NCBI RefSeq assembly: GCF_001194135.2
Contig: NC_068983.1
Coordinates: forward strand, 105,709,844-105,773,843
DNA: 64,000 nucleotides
Source of the DNA: Octopus bimaculoides
Lineage: Eukaryota
Reading direction: 5' to 3'
In this document: positions 1 to 14,924 of the stretch, one piece after another
Numbering within the stretch: the stretch's first letter is position 1
Layout: every line of letters begins with the position of its first letter
Translations under genes and position numbers: made by a program
Notes under the pieces: generated by a model
The model's input: the letters and a program-made list of their open reading frames with translations, nothing else
What the model was told of the DNA's origin: nothing
Databases searched by the model: none

Positions 1-2688
1 ATTGCTTTCTATTAGATGGGCTCATTCTAAAGGTTGTTTTTTTTTTTTTTCTTTAAAATTTTACATTTTGTCAAAAATTAAAGAAACAGTAAAAGATTGA
101 ATGGAATTTTGATCTGATACTCAATGAAACAATAGGACAATAGCTGATTCAAATGTAAAAATATGGCTTGTGAACTAATGTTCAAGCTTATATTTTAAAA
201 ATATGTGGAAATGGCTTACCTATTTGTAAATTCTTTGAGTTTTGTTTTGTTCTGACCTTTTCCCTTCTGTGTTGTTAAATTTTGAATTACTTAACTGAAA
301 TTAGATTTCAAACATTTAAACAATTTTTTTTTCCTAAATTTTATAAGGTTAAGTGTTTCAAGCAATGTTCTGTATTAGTTAATTATTACATTTAGTTATG
401 TAATAGACAATTAACACCAATATGATCTATGCAAGTGGAAACTTTGCTATAGGATAACTTAGTCTATAATATCTGCATAACTGGATTTGTTTATTTATTA
501 CTCTCTGCATTAAGCTGATGTTAGATAGTGGAGTAGAAATCTGTCTTTAGTTGCTGTTTGTATATAAAGGGAATAGGGAATTTTTGGTTGGATTGTTAAT
601 GTTATTTCAGTTATAGTTGGGCTACCAGAAAATTCTTTAATGTAGCAGCTTTGTTGCAGAGACAGATTAAGCTGAGAGAAAAATAAATTTCATTTAGCCT
701 TTTATTTTTTCTCTCCATTTCTTTGAATATGATATGTGTTCTTTTGCATTTGAATTGTATTGTGTTCTGGTATTTCACTCTTGAATTTTAGTAGTCTATA
801 GTTTAGGATAACCTCTAGGTGCAAATGCTTTGATTAAATCTTTTTCTTTTTCTTTTCTTTTTCTTTTTTCTTTTTTTTTTTTCCAAAATGAAATTGTTAA
901 TATTATGAGAAGGACCAAATTTATGTATCTGCTATTTAAATGCTTTTTAAAAAAAAAAATATTTATTAGAAACTGATGTATTCTATTGATAAATTTTATT
1001 TGATCAGTTTCTCTTTATCTATATCTCAGAGCTATTGCTTTGTTTGATTGTTGTAATTAATAGTTTCTGACATTCAGATTCACTAAAATTTGAAACAATT
1101 GTGATTGTATCATGTTATTTAAACTTATATTCTCTACTGACATTGGGCTGTTTAAATATTGAATAACCTGCAATTGTATTAAACTTGAGTTCCAGTTAAC
1201 CCCACATTTTGTTATGATTTTCTAGTCATAATACTGATATATTTTAATTTGTTCCCTCCCTCAATGACTCTTTTGACCTATAAGGTAGGCATGCTGTAAG
1301 CATTTGAAGCATGTAATTTAATGCATTGTGTTGCTTATTCATTGAAGTTGAATTGGAAAATATATTTATTTTGAACTTTAAATATTGTAATCAACTATAT
1401 TTGCATACAATTATATGCAATTTTATGCTTATTTTTGATATAACTAGAAAATCATAATTGTATTAAAAAATTTGGGGTTTAGGCACTGCACATCTTAGTG
1501 ATGTTTATTTCATCTTTTATTTTCAGTCATATTCTATAGTCAAATTCATTAAAAAGACTCCTATTTTTCTAAGAAAACTACAACTTTCTTCCTGTTTATC
1601 ACTCTTAAGATTTACTCCAGAAAAACAAAGTTGTGGACAATGCTAAAATAAAATCACTCATTAAAAATACCTTGTAATTTATTCAAAACACTTTCAAAGA
1701 ATTAGTTTTCTTTATATTTTTCATGTTACTGCCAAGTTGAGCACAAAGCTTATTTTAGTATTTATCACCTCTAGCTTTCATTCCCACCATAGGCCATAAA
1801 GTGGATATTTGAATATATTTGTGATTTGTATATTTAAATGTGAGCAAAAGAATCTCTAATGAAGTAAAATAAGACAATTTACAATTTGGCTTCAAAATTA
1901 AAACAATTGTAAAGCTTGCTATAAATGTCACAATACCACCAACCCGATGTCATAGCTCTTTGGAAATTCAGTCAGGTCTATGTGATGATAGCAAGCTAAT
2001 AAAATATTATGTGTGTTTGTTTTTTCGACATAGTCGAGTCATCTGTTTGAAATTGAGAGCTTTTCAACAATACATTTTATATGCCTTTTCATACTGTCAT
2101 AACCTATTCAGAGGCTTTAGTTGGCTTTTGGTTATTTTCAGTATTCTGATGAAAACTTCCATAGTTATAAAAATATTACAATTTTTAAAAACAAATTTGT
2201 ATGCATAATTTCTTTTTTTTTTAAATTCTAATTTATTTTGTTCATCTAAAATTTCAGAAATGTTATTCATTATATAATTTGCATATTCTATAGCTTCTCT
2301 TGATTTTTTTTTCTTCTTCTTGTCTATTAAAATTGTAGACTTGATTCAGGTACCATGACCAACTTTTTCAGCATTTTATATATAACCCTATTACAATTTA
2401 GAATATTTGTAAGAGATTTAATCACTTTCAAAGAAAACAAAAATCCATATTCATTTGGCCTGGGTTGGAACCTGGGCATAATAAATCCATTCATTAAAAG
2501 AATAATGTAGAATGAAAACATTTTCTATGGTAAATACACATATAAATGAACCACAGTTCTACATTTTTTTTCATTAAAGTCAAAGCATTTTATAATTCTA
2601 GACTCACAAATTTCAACATATACATCGTGTATATAACTCCATAAGAGAAATTTCACCTTATATCCATATTTATATCTTCATCTTAGCT

Positions 2689-2726
<38 letters not shown>

Positions 2727-3214
2727 NNNNNNNNNNNNNNNNNNNNNNNNNNNNNNNNNNNNNNNNNNNNNNNNNNNNNNNNNNNNNNNNNNNNNNNNNN
2801 NNNNNNNNNNNNNNNNNNNNNNNNNNNNNNNNNNNNNNNNNNNNNNNNNNNNNNNNNNNNNNNNNNNNNNNNNNNNNNNNNNNNNNNNNNNNNNNNNNNN
2901 NNNNNNNNNNNNNNNNNNNNNNNNNNNNNNNNNNNNNNNNNNNNNNNNNNNNNNNNNNNNNNNNNNNNNNNNNNNNNNNNNNNNNNNNNNNNNNNNNNNN
3001 NNNNNNNNNNNNNNNNNNNNNNNNNNNNNNNNNNNNNNNNNNNNNNNNNNNNNNNNNNNNNNNNNNNNNNNNNNNNNNNNNNNNNNNNNNNNNNNNNNNN
3101 NNNNNNNNNNNNNNNNNNNNNNNNNNNNNNNNNNNNNNNNNNNNNNNNNNNNNNNNNNNNNNNNNNNNNNNNNNNNNNNNNNNNNNNNNNNNNNNNNNNN
3201 NNNNNNNNNNNNNN
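2727..3214. other. Assembly gap; others at 28570-28757, 38242-38384, 39086-39095, 39606-40162, 52273-52322
   Basis: Runs of N, several abutting (TA)n/(GA)n microsatellites or SINEs. Confidence 0.99.
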
Positions 3215-6200
3215 AATTGTCTTATTTGGAGAGAGAAAATTCAATTTCTAATCTATTAGTGGGAGATAAAATTCTGTAAAATAAGGCCAATACAACATTG
3301 TCTATGTAAAATTATTATATCTAAATTTAGCTTTAGAAACTAATGAGCTGTTTATTATAGAATAATTTTAAAGATTTGATTTTCCTTTCAGAATTTCATT
3401 TAATTTTACTATGAATTAATCTCGTTGTGATAAACTTTCTGGACTTTAAAACTTTTTCTATAATAATGTAGTTATCAGGATATCTTTGCATTAACATATT
3501 ATGTATATCTATTTAATATGCTACAATTTTTTAAATTATTTATTACAGAAAAGAAAAACAAAAACACCATTTCCTAATTATGTATTTATTTAAGCCAGAA
3601 GAATGCACTAACATTGTCTTTTGCTTGTAAATTTTTCTATGTAGAAAATTTTGACTTTTAAATTATCTTATGGATTTAATATGATAGTATTTCTCAATAA
3701 GATATTTTATCTATTTCTATGAATGCTAGGTTAATGATAAAAATATCTGACATAAATAACTGTGTAGAAATTCTACTCTAATCATTTTATCCAGCTTTTA
3801 GAAATACCTACTATTTTTATTAACATTTGTTAAACTTTACCCAATTTTTGAATTGGCCCTTTAGTTTTGCTGTTATCTTTGTTTTTTAGTATTATATTTC
3901 ATTATTTTAAGGTAAATTTTTGTTGCTTAATTATTTTTGTTCATTGAAAGAAATATCCTGTATGTATGTATGTAGCACTTGTTTTATCTTGGAAAATATT
4001 GGATTAGTTAGAAATATTTTACTTTTGTTATAAATCATTATTATTACCAGTTAATATTTTTTTAATATTGTAAAACTTAGTACCATTAAGTATTCTGCTT
4101 TTTATATTTATATCACTCTGTTGCAGATTATTTTTTTGTTAATTCTTGTCTAATTATAAATATTTATTGCTTTGTGTCCCTATAAAAAGGTATCCTGACA
4201 GCTGGAATATCACTCTTATTACACCTATATAAAAATTGAGCAACTTCCAAAATTAATGACAAATTCTTCCTCTAATGTTTTGGAGGTCTGTTAAGCTCTA
4301 AACTATCTAATAAATTGTGGTAACTTCATCTGTAGCCACAGATGTCTTGTCACGAAGGAAATCTCTAGAGGATTTCATCACCATTTTTTAACATCCTTTT
4401 AAAATATGAATTTAACAGCCTTCCTGAATTCAGTTGGTTGTGAGTCATACCCTCTTTTATACAGTTCATTTTTACTAATAGATAGCTGTCTTTAAGAAGA
4501 AAATGATTTAACTTTTGAAAATTTAAGTTATATGGAAATCAAAATTTCATGAAAAAAAACGCCATTAGTTTAACTTCTTTTTTTCTTTTTTATTTTAAGA
4601 AGTTTGCTATTTTTATCATTATTCTAACTAAAAGAAAAAGGCAATGATCAAGTTCAAATAATTTTAAAAAGATAATTTAAATTTGTCTCCCTCTGCTACT
4701 TTCATATTTTATAACAGGCAGTCTTGTTTAAACTGAACAACAATTCATCTCTTTCATTACACTTTATAATAAAGAGCCTTAAATCAGTCCATAACAAGCT
4801 ATCAATAAAATACTGCTATCAGTATGTTTCTGAATAGTGTGTCCTTTCCAAACCATTTTCAAATGTTTCTCTCTCTTGCCTTGACTTATTTATCTATTCA
4901 TTGTTTAAAAAGGAAAATTGCAGCAAACTGGTAATTACAGTTTAGTCATTTAGTTTTCATTTTTATTATTTTTTTAGTAAATACACATTTTAACACAAAC
5001 ATTACATTGCATTAAGTTTTTTTTTTTTGCATATCTCATCTTTTACTACTAGCATGCAACTTAAACATTTGGTACCCAGTTGAATGCATTGTAAATAAAT
5101 CTTCAATAGTGCAATTTGGGTAATTTTAAAATGTGTTTGTAAGCAAGTTTATATTTTTCATAAAATGTATTTTTGTAGCTATTAGATTCTTGATAATCCA
5201 TTTAATAATGTTGGAATATACCTTGCTAATTTATTTTCCAACATTATGTGCTGGCTGAACCAAATAATGTTTATATTTTCTTTCATTCCAACTATTATTC
5301 TTTATCTATGACCATCCTTCAGTTTTTTTAGTTTTATGGATTATTTATATCAAGATCCACATGTTATTTGAAATAAGTATTTTTTATTTTTTATTGTTTA
5401 TTCTCATTATTATTTTTAGCAGCAGCATATGGCAAACTTTTCAAATTTGTATACTTGGTGTATTTATTTTTTTAGTTATTCTTAAAATTATGTAACTACA
5501 TTTTTAAAAACTTCTGGAATAGTATTATAGCATTTTAAATGCTCTGTATTAGATGATATTACTATGTACAGCTAACTAATCTCAGATTTCGTGTCCAGTT
5601 CTGAATTACCTTTCACAAAACTGGTTTTAAAACTATTCACTTGAATATCTTCGGTTCTGAACACTGCTGTTTTCATCTCAACTGGGAGAATGAGAGCATT
5701 AATAGTCAATTAGTAGTCCTGTTTCACTTGTTAGATTCTTTGTTTCAAGGTTTTGCATTTTTGTTGGAAACAAGTTTTGTTAATATAAATATCTCCATAT
5801 TTAATCTTAGATGTTTTCCTTGTTAATTGCATATCATAACATATCAGTTTCTTGGCATTGGTGGTATATCTAGTTGTAAACAGAATGAGTTAATATTTAA
5901 TTTTAATTTATTAATCTTCTTCTACCCATTGCTAATTAAGTTTGTGGTTTCTAGTTGAATTCTCTATTATTATCATGTTTTAGTCACATATTTTGTCCAT
6001 TCTTTTGGTTCTTGTAGTCCTTCTTTAATCAAATTTCTGATATTAAATCTCTGGGTTTTTTTTATTTCAAACTTTTTCATCAAACTGCTGTTTTTTTTTT
6101 TTTTATACCAACATAATACTTATCAATTCTTAAAGTGAGACCAAAATAATTATATTTGTATTTAAACTAAATGTATTGTCAAACGACATAATCTTTTGCA

Positions 6201-9200
6201 TTAACTTGATCAATTTCTTTAAAGGTTTTATTTATTTTGCATCTGCTAGGATAAATACATTGTAGCTTTTTGGCCTTCCTTCAAATGTTTTTACTACTTA
6301 TATCAACAGCTAGTTTGTCTCTGGTCTGAAAATAAAATGATGGGAAACCTTTATGAATTTTGAATTACATAATTATGTAGATACCAGTTTGACTTTTTTT
6401 TTTTTTAAGTTGTGATATTTTCAAAAATAAATGTTGGATTACTGTTTTGTAGATTAGTACTTGGAATTTTTCTGATTCCTTTACAGTCAGTTAAACAAAA
6501 TATTTCTTTCTTTATATCTATTTTTGCTATGATGCTATGGTAATTGCCAGATTTAATTGTAGCTTGTGTAATTTTTTTTTTCTCACTAATCTATTTTGTT
6601 GTTTTAATATTTTCTGTGCTTATTGTTCACAGTATTTTGATATTGCTTAAAATTTTTCTTCTTCAGAAAATTTGTTTCTATACAAAATTAGAAATTTTTT
6701 ATGTGCAAAGTTAACACATAAACAGTTAGCTACAAATTTCTTTGTATAACCATTTGGTTCCTGTTTATCTAGTTGCCTTAAAACAGTGACTCTCTTGAAG
6801 GTGCTGTATGATATGTTGGTATCTACTCTGTTTCATAAACAATGGTCAAATTGTCTTGCATGTAATTGATTGTAGGCAGCAGAAATTTTATCTTAGATCT
6901 TTTTATGCAAAAAGAAAATATTATGTTGCAGCAGTATTTGCTCTTGTTGGAATATAAATAGTTTATAGTTGCATGTGAATCAAAAGTATTCAGTACTATG
7001 GTGTGGCTGGATGTTGAAAATAGCATTATGATTTATCTTAACAAGTATTTGACACTTTTTCTAGAAATATAAAAATATCACTTTTTCCCCAAAATATATG
7101 GCATATTTTATTCACGTTTCTTTACAACTCCACATTCTGTTCTGTTCCACTGAGTACACTGTCTAATAATCTTTAGTAAAATAGTTGATTGTCATTGTTT
7201 TAGCAAAGGAATTGTATTGATTGTTTGTGTTGAAAACAAGTACAACTTTTTAGTCATTTTTGCATATCTCATTTCTAAGCAGAAAATGCAATTTCATAAA
7301 TATACATTTAATGTTAACTAAAAGAAAAAATAATTGCATTTGAAACAAAAGAACTTTAAAAATCTGAAATTACAACCTTTTTAAAGACCGGTGACTTTTA
7401 TTCAGGACAATATCATCTTGTGCATTTCACATTGTGACAATCAGTTGACAAAGAGCTGTGTTTGTTTGGGAAGTATAAATCTGGTTCCATTCTGTATTGT
7501 AGCTGTTCAGATGAATAGCATGACTAAGTACCAACACCAACAACTCTTACTGATGACAACATTTTCTTTGTTTTTTTGTTATCATTTTAGTCATTTTCTG
7601 TATAAATGTCATGCAACTAGTGAAGATGTGCAAATTTTTACTCTGTTTATATCACCCATTCTGACAGAAGCAGCTTTTCTAGTCTTCCATATTCATTACC
7701 TTAATTATTACTAAGTGAAGGCAAACATTATTTGCTTAACAAATGGAGAGTTGCTACAGTTCTTCCTTTATCTTTCACATATTTCTTTTTTTTTTTCAGT
7801 AGCAGTATACTATTCCTATATTTTATTCCATGTTTAAAAATGTGAATAGGAAAATAAAATAGATCCCTTCCCCATCTTTAATCAGTAACCTGATTAATAT
7901 AGTGAACCCTTTTTTTATGCTTAGAAGTTAGTCCTTAGTATTTTAAAAATTAAAATTGTTACCATCAATTAAACTATAGTTTTGTACTTTGGATAATGTA
8001 GTAGCTGACTTAATTGAATCATTAGCTTATATATAGTTCTAAACTGATGTGAAAAGATTAACATATTTCTATATAACTTATTAAATTTGTGGAGCCCGGC
8101 CCAAAACTATTAAAACTTTCATGGCTCTCTTCAACATTTTTTGCATTACATTTCTTTTTGCACTGTTTCACTGAATTTTTCATGCTGAATTGATGTTGTA
8201 AGATCTTTTATATAATATGAAAATCATTTAAAAAAATTTTTTTAATTTTTATTATTATAGTTTCAGCTTACAGCTGCGGCCATGCTGATGCTGTTTATAT
8301 TACTTTTGAAATGTATGATTTTAATGTTATGGTTGCACAGAAAAATTAGTTTTCATGTTTCTCAAGTGTTTAAGATTACCAATTAATGTTTTTCCTACTG
8401 ATTAACTAATTTTTCTTTTTTTTTTTTTTTTAAGGTTTTTGTAATATGGTTGAGATCTATCAAGTTATTACATTGAAGAATTGCCTTCAAGTAGTTTTAG
8501 GTATTTTCCTAGATTAACTAACTTGATAAATGTCACAGAAACTTTTCAAACTCATCTGTGACAATAGATCCCTTTTCAGAATAAGCTATTAATAAGAATT
8601 AAATTCTCTTACATAGAGACACAAGTCATTTTTGGTTCATAATTGATTTTGAGTTAACTTTCTTACTATTTTAACCTTGATTTTTGTAAGTAGAGTTTAA
8701 GATTATAATAGTAAAGAAAGACTATTGAGCTTTAAAACAGTTGGAAAATTTAATACTGAAATCAACATGACCATAATACTAGCTTAAATATCAAATTGAA
8801 CAATATTAGATAACTATTGGCTGTTAATTGTTTTCTTTTCAAATTATATTTTGTTTTAAACATATTTGAGTCTTTTAATATTCATCTGAAGACAATCAGA
8901 ACACTAGTTTCTTTTATAAAGAAACTATCAGATGAAATATTCTTGTTTAAAAAAAAAATCAATATAGATTAAAATGCCAATATTCCTTATACAATAATGT
9001 CTCTTCAATGTAGTTTGTTTATATTTTGTAAAGTTGCTTAAATTTTGGAAGACATTACTGAAATTAAACTGTGGATTTATAAAACAACTAGCCTACCTCA
9101 CTCTGTAATACTATGTTCAGAGCTTAGAGCCACAGGAAGCAAAGTATTTCACTGGTTTATCATTATGACTAATCATTTTCTTTTCTGAAACAAGTCGTGG

Positions 9201-9994
9201 ATGCTTTTTATATGTCTGTGTTAAGTTAATTTTTTTTTTCTTTAAACTGGGAAGGACTTGTATAAAAGCATAGAATATTGAGCTTTTTATTTATGCATTT
9301 CACGCTTATTGTGGCTTTACCCCACCCTATTATGGATACAGGCTTTGACATTAACTCACTGGCAGGTTTTAAACTTGGTCCTAAAATACTCCTAAATAGG
9401 AGCTGATTTTTTTATTTTTATTCCCTCTCCCCACTCCTTTAACTAGTCCAGCCATGTCCTTGAACTGGTGCTTTGAAACAAAAATCCAACAATTTAGTGC
9501 TGCTGCTGTTGTTGGCATTATTGCGTGTTATAACTAATACCATTGCATTCTCTGTGATAGCTGTCAAGAGTGATGTATCAAACTGTTGGTTTACTGCTGC
9601 ACACAGGTGGATTTTCAGACTAATTTATTTCTCAGCCTTCTCATTGAATAATAAACTGATACCAACTCAAAAGATTGTTTTTGTTGTTATTAAATAAATT
9701 AGGTTAAAGAAGGTGAGTTGACAGAACAATAGTTAGATTTACTTTCATTTTTCATACAGTTCAAATGCTACTGGTTCCAACTTTACCTCTTGTCCCAAAT
9801 ATCAATTTTAAAAACTTTTACAAAATACTTTTTTTTTTAAATTATAAGTACATGACAAATGCCAACAAAACAAAGTGTCTTATTTGTAAGGGATGCAGTA
9901 TTCCTAGTGAGGCAACAGCAGGCAAGATACTTGGCTAAGAGTAAACCATTATTTCTAGCAGTCATTGACTTGGAGTATACCAGAAATAGATTTT

Positions 9995-10480
9995 CTTCAA
10001 TGCTCAGATGACTCACTAGAAGTAGTCAACAGTTTCTGTTTCCTAGGAAACATAATTAGCAGGGGAGATGGTTTGTTCTGAAAGAGCAGATTGTATGATG
10101 CTTGTGTTAGAACTGCAGGATAGTGAGATATGGGCCTTGAATGCAGTTTTGTAAGGACTAGAAAAAGTGAAGCCAGCATACTCTGATAGGTGTGCAGTGT
10201 TTGTGTGCATGAATACTAGAATGCAAATGGGCTAAGAGGAAAACTGGATATTAAAGGAATCAGGTATAGTGTGCAAGAGAGAAGGTTGGTGGTACAGGCA
10301 TGTGATATGCGAAGAGAACGATTGCTGCATACATAAGTTCTGAGCATTCCAAGTTAGTAAAAGTTGAGAAAGAGGGAGACCAATGAAGATTTGGGATAAA
10401 GTAATGAAGCCTGACTGGAAGATGCTTATATCTCATGGAAATGACAACAGACCATACTGACTGGCACTGTGTAGGTTTAT
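9995..10480 (+). mobile_element. RTE-clade LINE 3' relic
   Basis: Frameshifted LEVVNSFCFLGNII, LYDACVRTA, SEIWALNA and VQERRL motifs of the RTE post-RT region. Confidence 0.7.
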
Positions 10481-11734
10481 GGAAGACCTCTGCACACTTT
10501 GACAAGGATAGTGATTAAGAATCTAATATAAATGTATCTGGTGTACTGTGCATGCACTTTGGAGACTGTAAACAATATTCAATAAGCTTGAGTAAGTGTC
10601 TTCTATAGATGGAAACAAAGAAGCCTGTTATTATATGTGTGTGTGTGTGTTTGTCCCCCCATCACTGCTTGGCAACCAGTGTTGGTGTGTTTACATTCCT
10701 GTAACTTAGCAGTTCAGCAAGATACTGACAGAATAAGTAGTAGGCTTTAAAAAATAAGTCCTAGGGTTGATTTTGTTCGACTAAAACCCTTGAAGGCAGT
10801 GCTCCAGCATGGCCACAGTCAAACGACCGAAGTAAAAGAATAGATATGTATTTATAAAACAGAGACAGCACATTTTAAGAAAAAATTATAACACTGCATC
10901 TCTACTAACCTTGAGCTACACACATCAACTCTAGTACTAATGGTCGACATTAACTTTCCATAACAATCTTATACATTCACGACTGCATCATAAAGTGCAT
11001 TCCTCTTCTGGCAGAGAAAACCCTTTAGCTCTGAAACAGCTGCTAGCATGTATTATTAATGTTGTATGACACCAGCTGTGTCGTAGCTGTGACCTGTGTC
11101 TCTTTGTTAGTATGCTTAGAACTACATTATCCAATGTATATGTCCTTTAAGATGTTAGGGTGTAATTTAAGGAATTTGACTGCTATTTCTAGCTGGTCAA
11201 GCAACCACAGAGACCCCTTTATTAGCTCATGTATATACTAAGATGTGGAGGATGATACCACTGAGTATGCACTAATACATTTTGAACCCTTCTAAAAACT
11301 AAGGCTGTCTATGAGCAATAGTATTTCACATATCAACATGTCAAAAGATCTGACTCTTCATTTGGGTTGTCTAGTCTTTCGTCCACAACTGACTATATAC
11401 TACCTAAACCAACAGCCAATTGTCCCACAAGATAGCCTCTACATAGATGTTTGATCTGCAAGAAATAGCAGACATCACCTTCAAACCATCTCATAATGTC
11501 TTAAATAAGGGAAGGACTTTGGGTAATGATGTCCTACACACTAAGAAAAGAATTGATCATAGTTTGAATGCTATTGAACTTTAAGCCTGTTCCACCAGGA
11601 CTGTCCTAGGGCTAAACAAATTAGCCCAATACTTCAGTATTAAGATGCTTTGAAAAATTCATGACTACTGGGCCTCTTTTAGAGCAAGCCACTGGTCTTC
11701 TGCACTTGCTAACACTATACTATCATCCAAAGTG

Positions 11735-12115
11735 GAGTTGCAATGGCCCAGTGGTTAGAGCAGCGGACTCGTGGTCATAGGATCGCGGTTTCGATTCCCA
11801 GACCGGGTGTTATCAGTGTTTATTGAGCGAAAACACCTAAAGTTTCACGTGGCTCTGGCAGGGGATGGTGGCGAACCCTGCTGTACTCTTCCACCACAAC
11901 TTTCTCTCACTCTTACTTCCTGTTTCTGTTGTGCCTGTAATTCAAAGGGTCAGCCTTGTCACACTGCGTCACGCTGAATATCCCCGAGAACTACGTTCAG
12001 GGTACATGTGTCTGTGGAGTGCTCAGCCACTTGCACGTTAATTTCACGAGCAGGCTGTTCCGTTGATCGGATCAACTGAAACCCTCGACGTTGTAAGCGA
12101 CGGAGTGCCAACAAC
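11735..12115 (+). mobile_element. tRNA-derived SINE, single CpG-rich copy
   Basis: A box tggcccagtggttagagc and B box ggtttcgattccc followed by a ~300 bp non-tRNA body. Confidence 0.7.
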
Positions 12116-14924
12116 TATCATCTAAACTTACATGACGATTCATCATTTTGTTGTTTTAGGAGAAGGTACATTGTTATCCTAATCCTTCCCCTCCAGAGAT
12201 CAACAAATCAATGCTATAGTAAATTAGGTGAAATGACACTGTGAAGAGGAAATTCTGTTATCTTCATTGATTTACTTCAAATATAGTGCAAGAGAGTCAA
12301 TAATGTGAATGGGGAATAATAGGCAACTGACCAACAAGGTAGTAATGAGGAAGGGACAAATCAAATCTGAAATGGTGTAAATACAAGCATGTCTGAGTGA
12401 TAAAGGACTCCACTATGGAGCTATGTAGTTTTGGGTTCAGTTTCACAATGCAGCACCTTGATTAAGTGTCTACTGTAGCTTCAACCTGACCAAACCAAGT
12501 AAGCAAATTTAGTAGACAAACAATGCAAAAGCCCATCATGTGTAATGATTATGACGTGTTCCTGGCTTTGGGTTAAAGAAAATACAGGAGGATCAGTTAA
12601 TTATGATTTTTGTCAACATATTCCCCTCTCAGACTCGCATGCTTATTGCCGCAATCCTTCAGTTTTTCTAAGCCCTGTAAAATTTCCTTCCCATCAAACA
12701 AACCCCGAGTTAGACATGTTTTTCACAGAAGACTGGAAACAATATGATGATGCTCATTTACAACCATCACATGATGTCTAGACAAAGGTGTCTTGCAGGT
12801 ACTAGTACCATGTAAAAAGCCCTTTTGCTGGTGACACATAAAAAGCACCCAGCATACTCTGTAAAGTGGTTGGTGTTAGGAAGGACATCCAGCTATAGAA
12901 ACTATGCCAAAACACAATTGAAGCCTGGACAGCTCCTGTCAGACCATCCAACCCATGCCAGTTTGGAAAACAGATATTAAACAACAACAATGATGATGAT
13001 GATATACAAGATAGTCTTCATCCAGTTCCTGTGTACCAAATCCACTCACGGCTTTTGTCATCCAAAGGCTATAGTAGAAGACACTTGCCAAAGGTGCTAC
13101 ACAATGGGACTGAACCCAAGACCACATGTTTGGGAAGCAAACTTCTTAACCACACAACTGCATATACTCTGTGTGTTTGCCTCTCTCTTCTTATCTCTAC
13201 GTGACATGACTTAACAATCTATGTTTGTTTATTTCTGTGTAACTTAGTAACTTGGCAAAATAGAGATCAATAGAATACTAGATTTAAGAAGAAAAGAACT
13301 GAAGTTGATTCCATTGACTAAACTTTACAAGGCAGTGCTCTAGTATGACCATAATCCAATGACAGAATCCTGTAAACAAGTAAAATCAAGCTTTGAAAAA
13401 TCAAATGGAGTAGATAATTGATTTCTTAAGCAAGACAGAGCCATATGACGTGTAGGGACACTGCATTTCGTTATCCAGCCATAATAAACTACAAAGTATA
13501 TTAAATGCTTTACAAGTCAATATTGTGCTAGCAGTGCCATTAAATCACTTGTTACGGTTATCTCTACAGATTTCTACAAAGTAATATTAAACACTGTGTT
13601 CTGCTGTGTTAGCAGTGCTACTAAACCACTCTTCAAAGTATATTAACCTTAACAAGAGCCTTATAATGATAATTCACACAAAGCATGCAATGATAAGCAA
13701 AAAAGAAACCTAACCCATTGTAACTTCATACACTGCCGCAAACTATTAGCTTACTAATATAACGTCCTACAATACATTATAAAGATTCAAACAAGTATAC
13801 AGTAGAATCATTACTATTTGCCATGGGAAGATTTCACATGCAAACCAACAAAACATTTATTAACTGTAGTCCCCTTATGCTTATATTGCTAAATAGCCTA
13901 ATATGTCATGGTACCTATTTACAGCTGGTTAGACTGAGTTATTTAGAATTAACCCTTTAGCATTTAAACTTGCCATATCTGGTCAAAATATTCTACTTGT
14001 TTTATGTTCAAATCAGCTAGATCTGGCCTCTCACACCTATGCTTTAATGTTATTCTGAAAATAGGCAATTGCATCATCAAAATCTCAGAGCAACAAGTTA
14101 ATGCATGATTAATTCAAAGCAATGTGAATAAATAAGTACCGTAAATCTTCGAGCATAGTCCGCCCTTGAGTATGATACGCAGGAGATTTTTAGGGGGCTG
14201 TACCTCTGAAAAACCTAAACCTTGTGTATAATACGCACCCCTTCTCTAACTTGAGTCAAGGAGGTCTATATAATGTACTTGGTTTGTAAACGTATATATG
14301 GTAAAGTCCTTTGTTATTATTGTATATATAACACTAGCAGCTAAACCTGGTTTCACCTGGTCTGTTTGGATGATGTGGCTGTGATTGTTTTCGGTTAGGC
14401 ATAATCTATAACAGCGTTTCTCAACCTGATCATTTCGTATCCCGTTTCGATTGGAGCCTCCAGCTGTATGAAGATTTCACCCACCTCCTGTCAGAAAATG
14501 GTTTCAGGAGTTGTGAAGAAAGAATTTGTACGTAGTCTGTTTGTGAGAGCTATTCTATTGGACGTCTGTCTAATCATTAAAAAATTTATTTAATCATGAA
14601 CATAGAAAGAAATTATACATTAATCGCAATTTTTGTAAGCAGTTTTATCTGTAAAAATTTTATTTGCAGAGAGAAATTGAAAGATATATGAAATGGATGT
14701 GCGTGTGTGAGAGAGAAAGAGGGTAAGAAAGAGAGATAGAGTGAGTGAGTGAATTTGTATGTCATTGACTTACGTTGGCTGGAACAGCAAGTATGAAGCT
14801 TTTGAGGCGGCAGATGTGAAGAAAAAAAGGAACGGCAATCTTTTGATGTGGGCGTCGAATGAAGAGACATGAAAAGTTTTATGACTGAACCTAGAACCAT
14901 GTGGTTGGTAAGCAAACACTCTGA

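Noticed and set aside
1981-2148. GTGATGA ... CTGA pair suggesting a C/D snoRNA
   Set aside because: Spacing is long, there is no terminal stem or recognisable rRNA guide, and such motifs are expected by chance.
2400-2510. Plus-strand frame ...KNPYSFGLGWNLGII..., vaguely like a DHHC C-terminal motif
   Set aside because: Similarity is too weak, the acceptor is poor and there are no supporting exons.
2678-3244. Long ORFs in the track (also 28499-29191, 39488-40219, 39577-40260)
   Set aside because: They are open only because they run through N-gaps and (TA)n microsatellites.
5575-5685. Minus-strand acceptor plus short ORF EMKTAVFRTEDIQVNSFKTSFVKGNSELDTKSEIS*
   Set aside because: No recognisable homology, no partner exons, CENPL already terminates at 15667, and local skew favours plus-strand transcription.
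11740-11810. tRNA-like sequence with A and B boxes
   Set aside because: No convincing cloverleaf, and it continues into a SINE body; called as a SINE head, not a tRNA gene.
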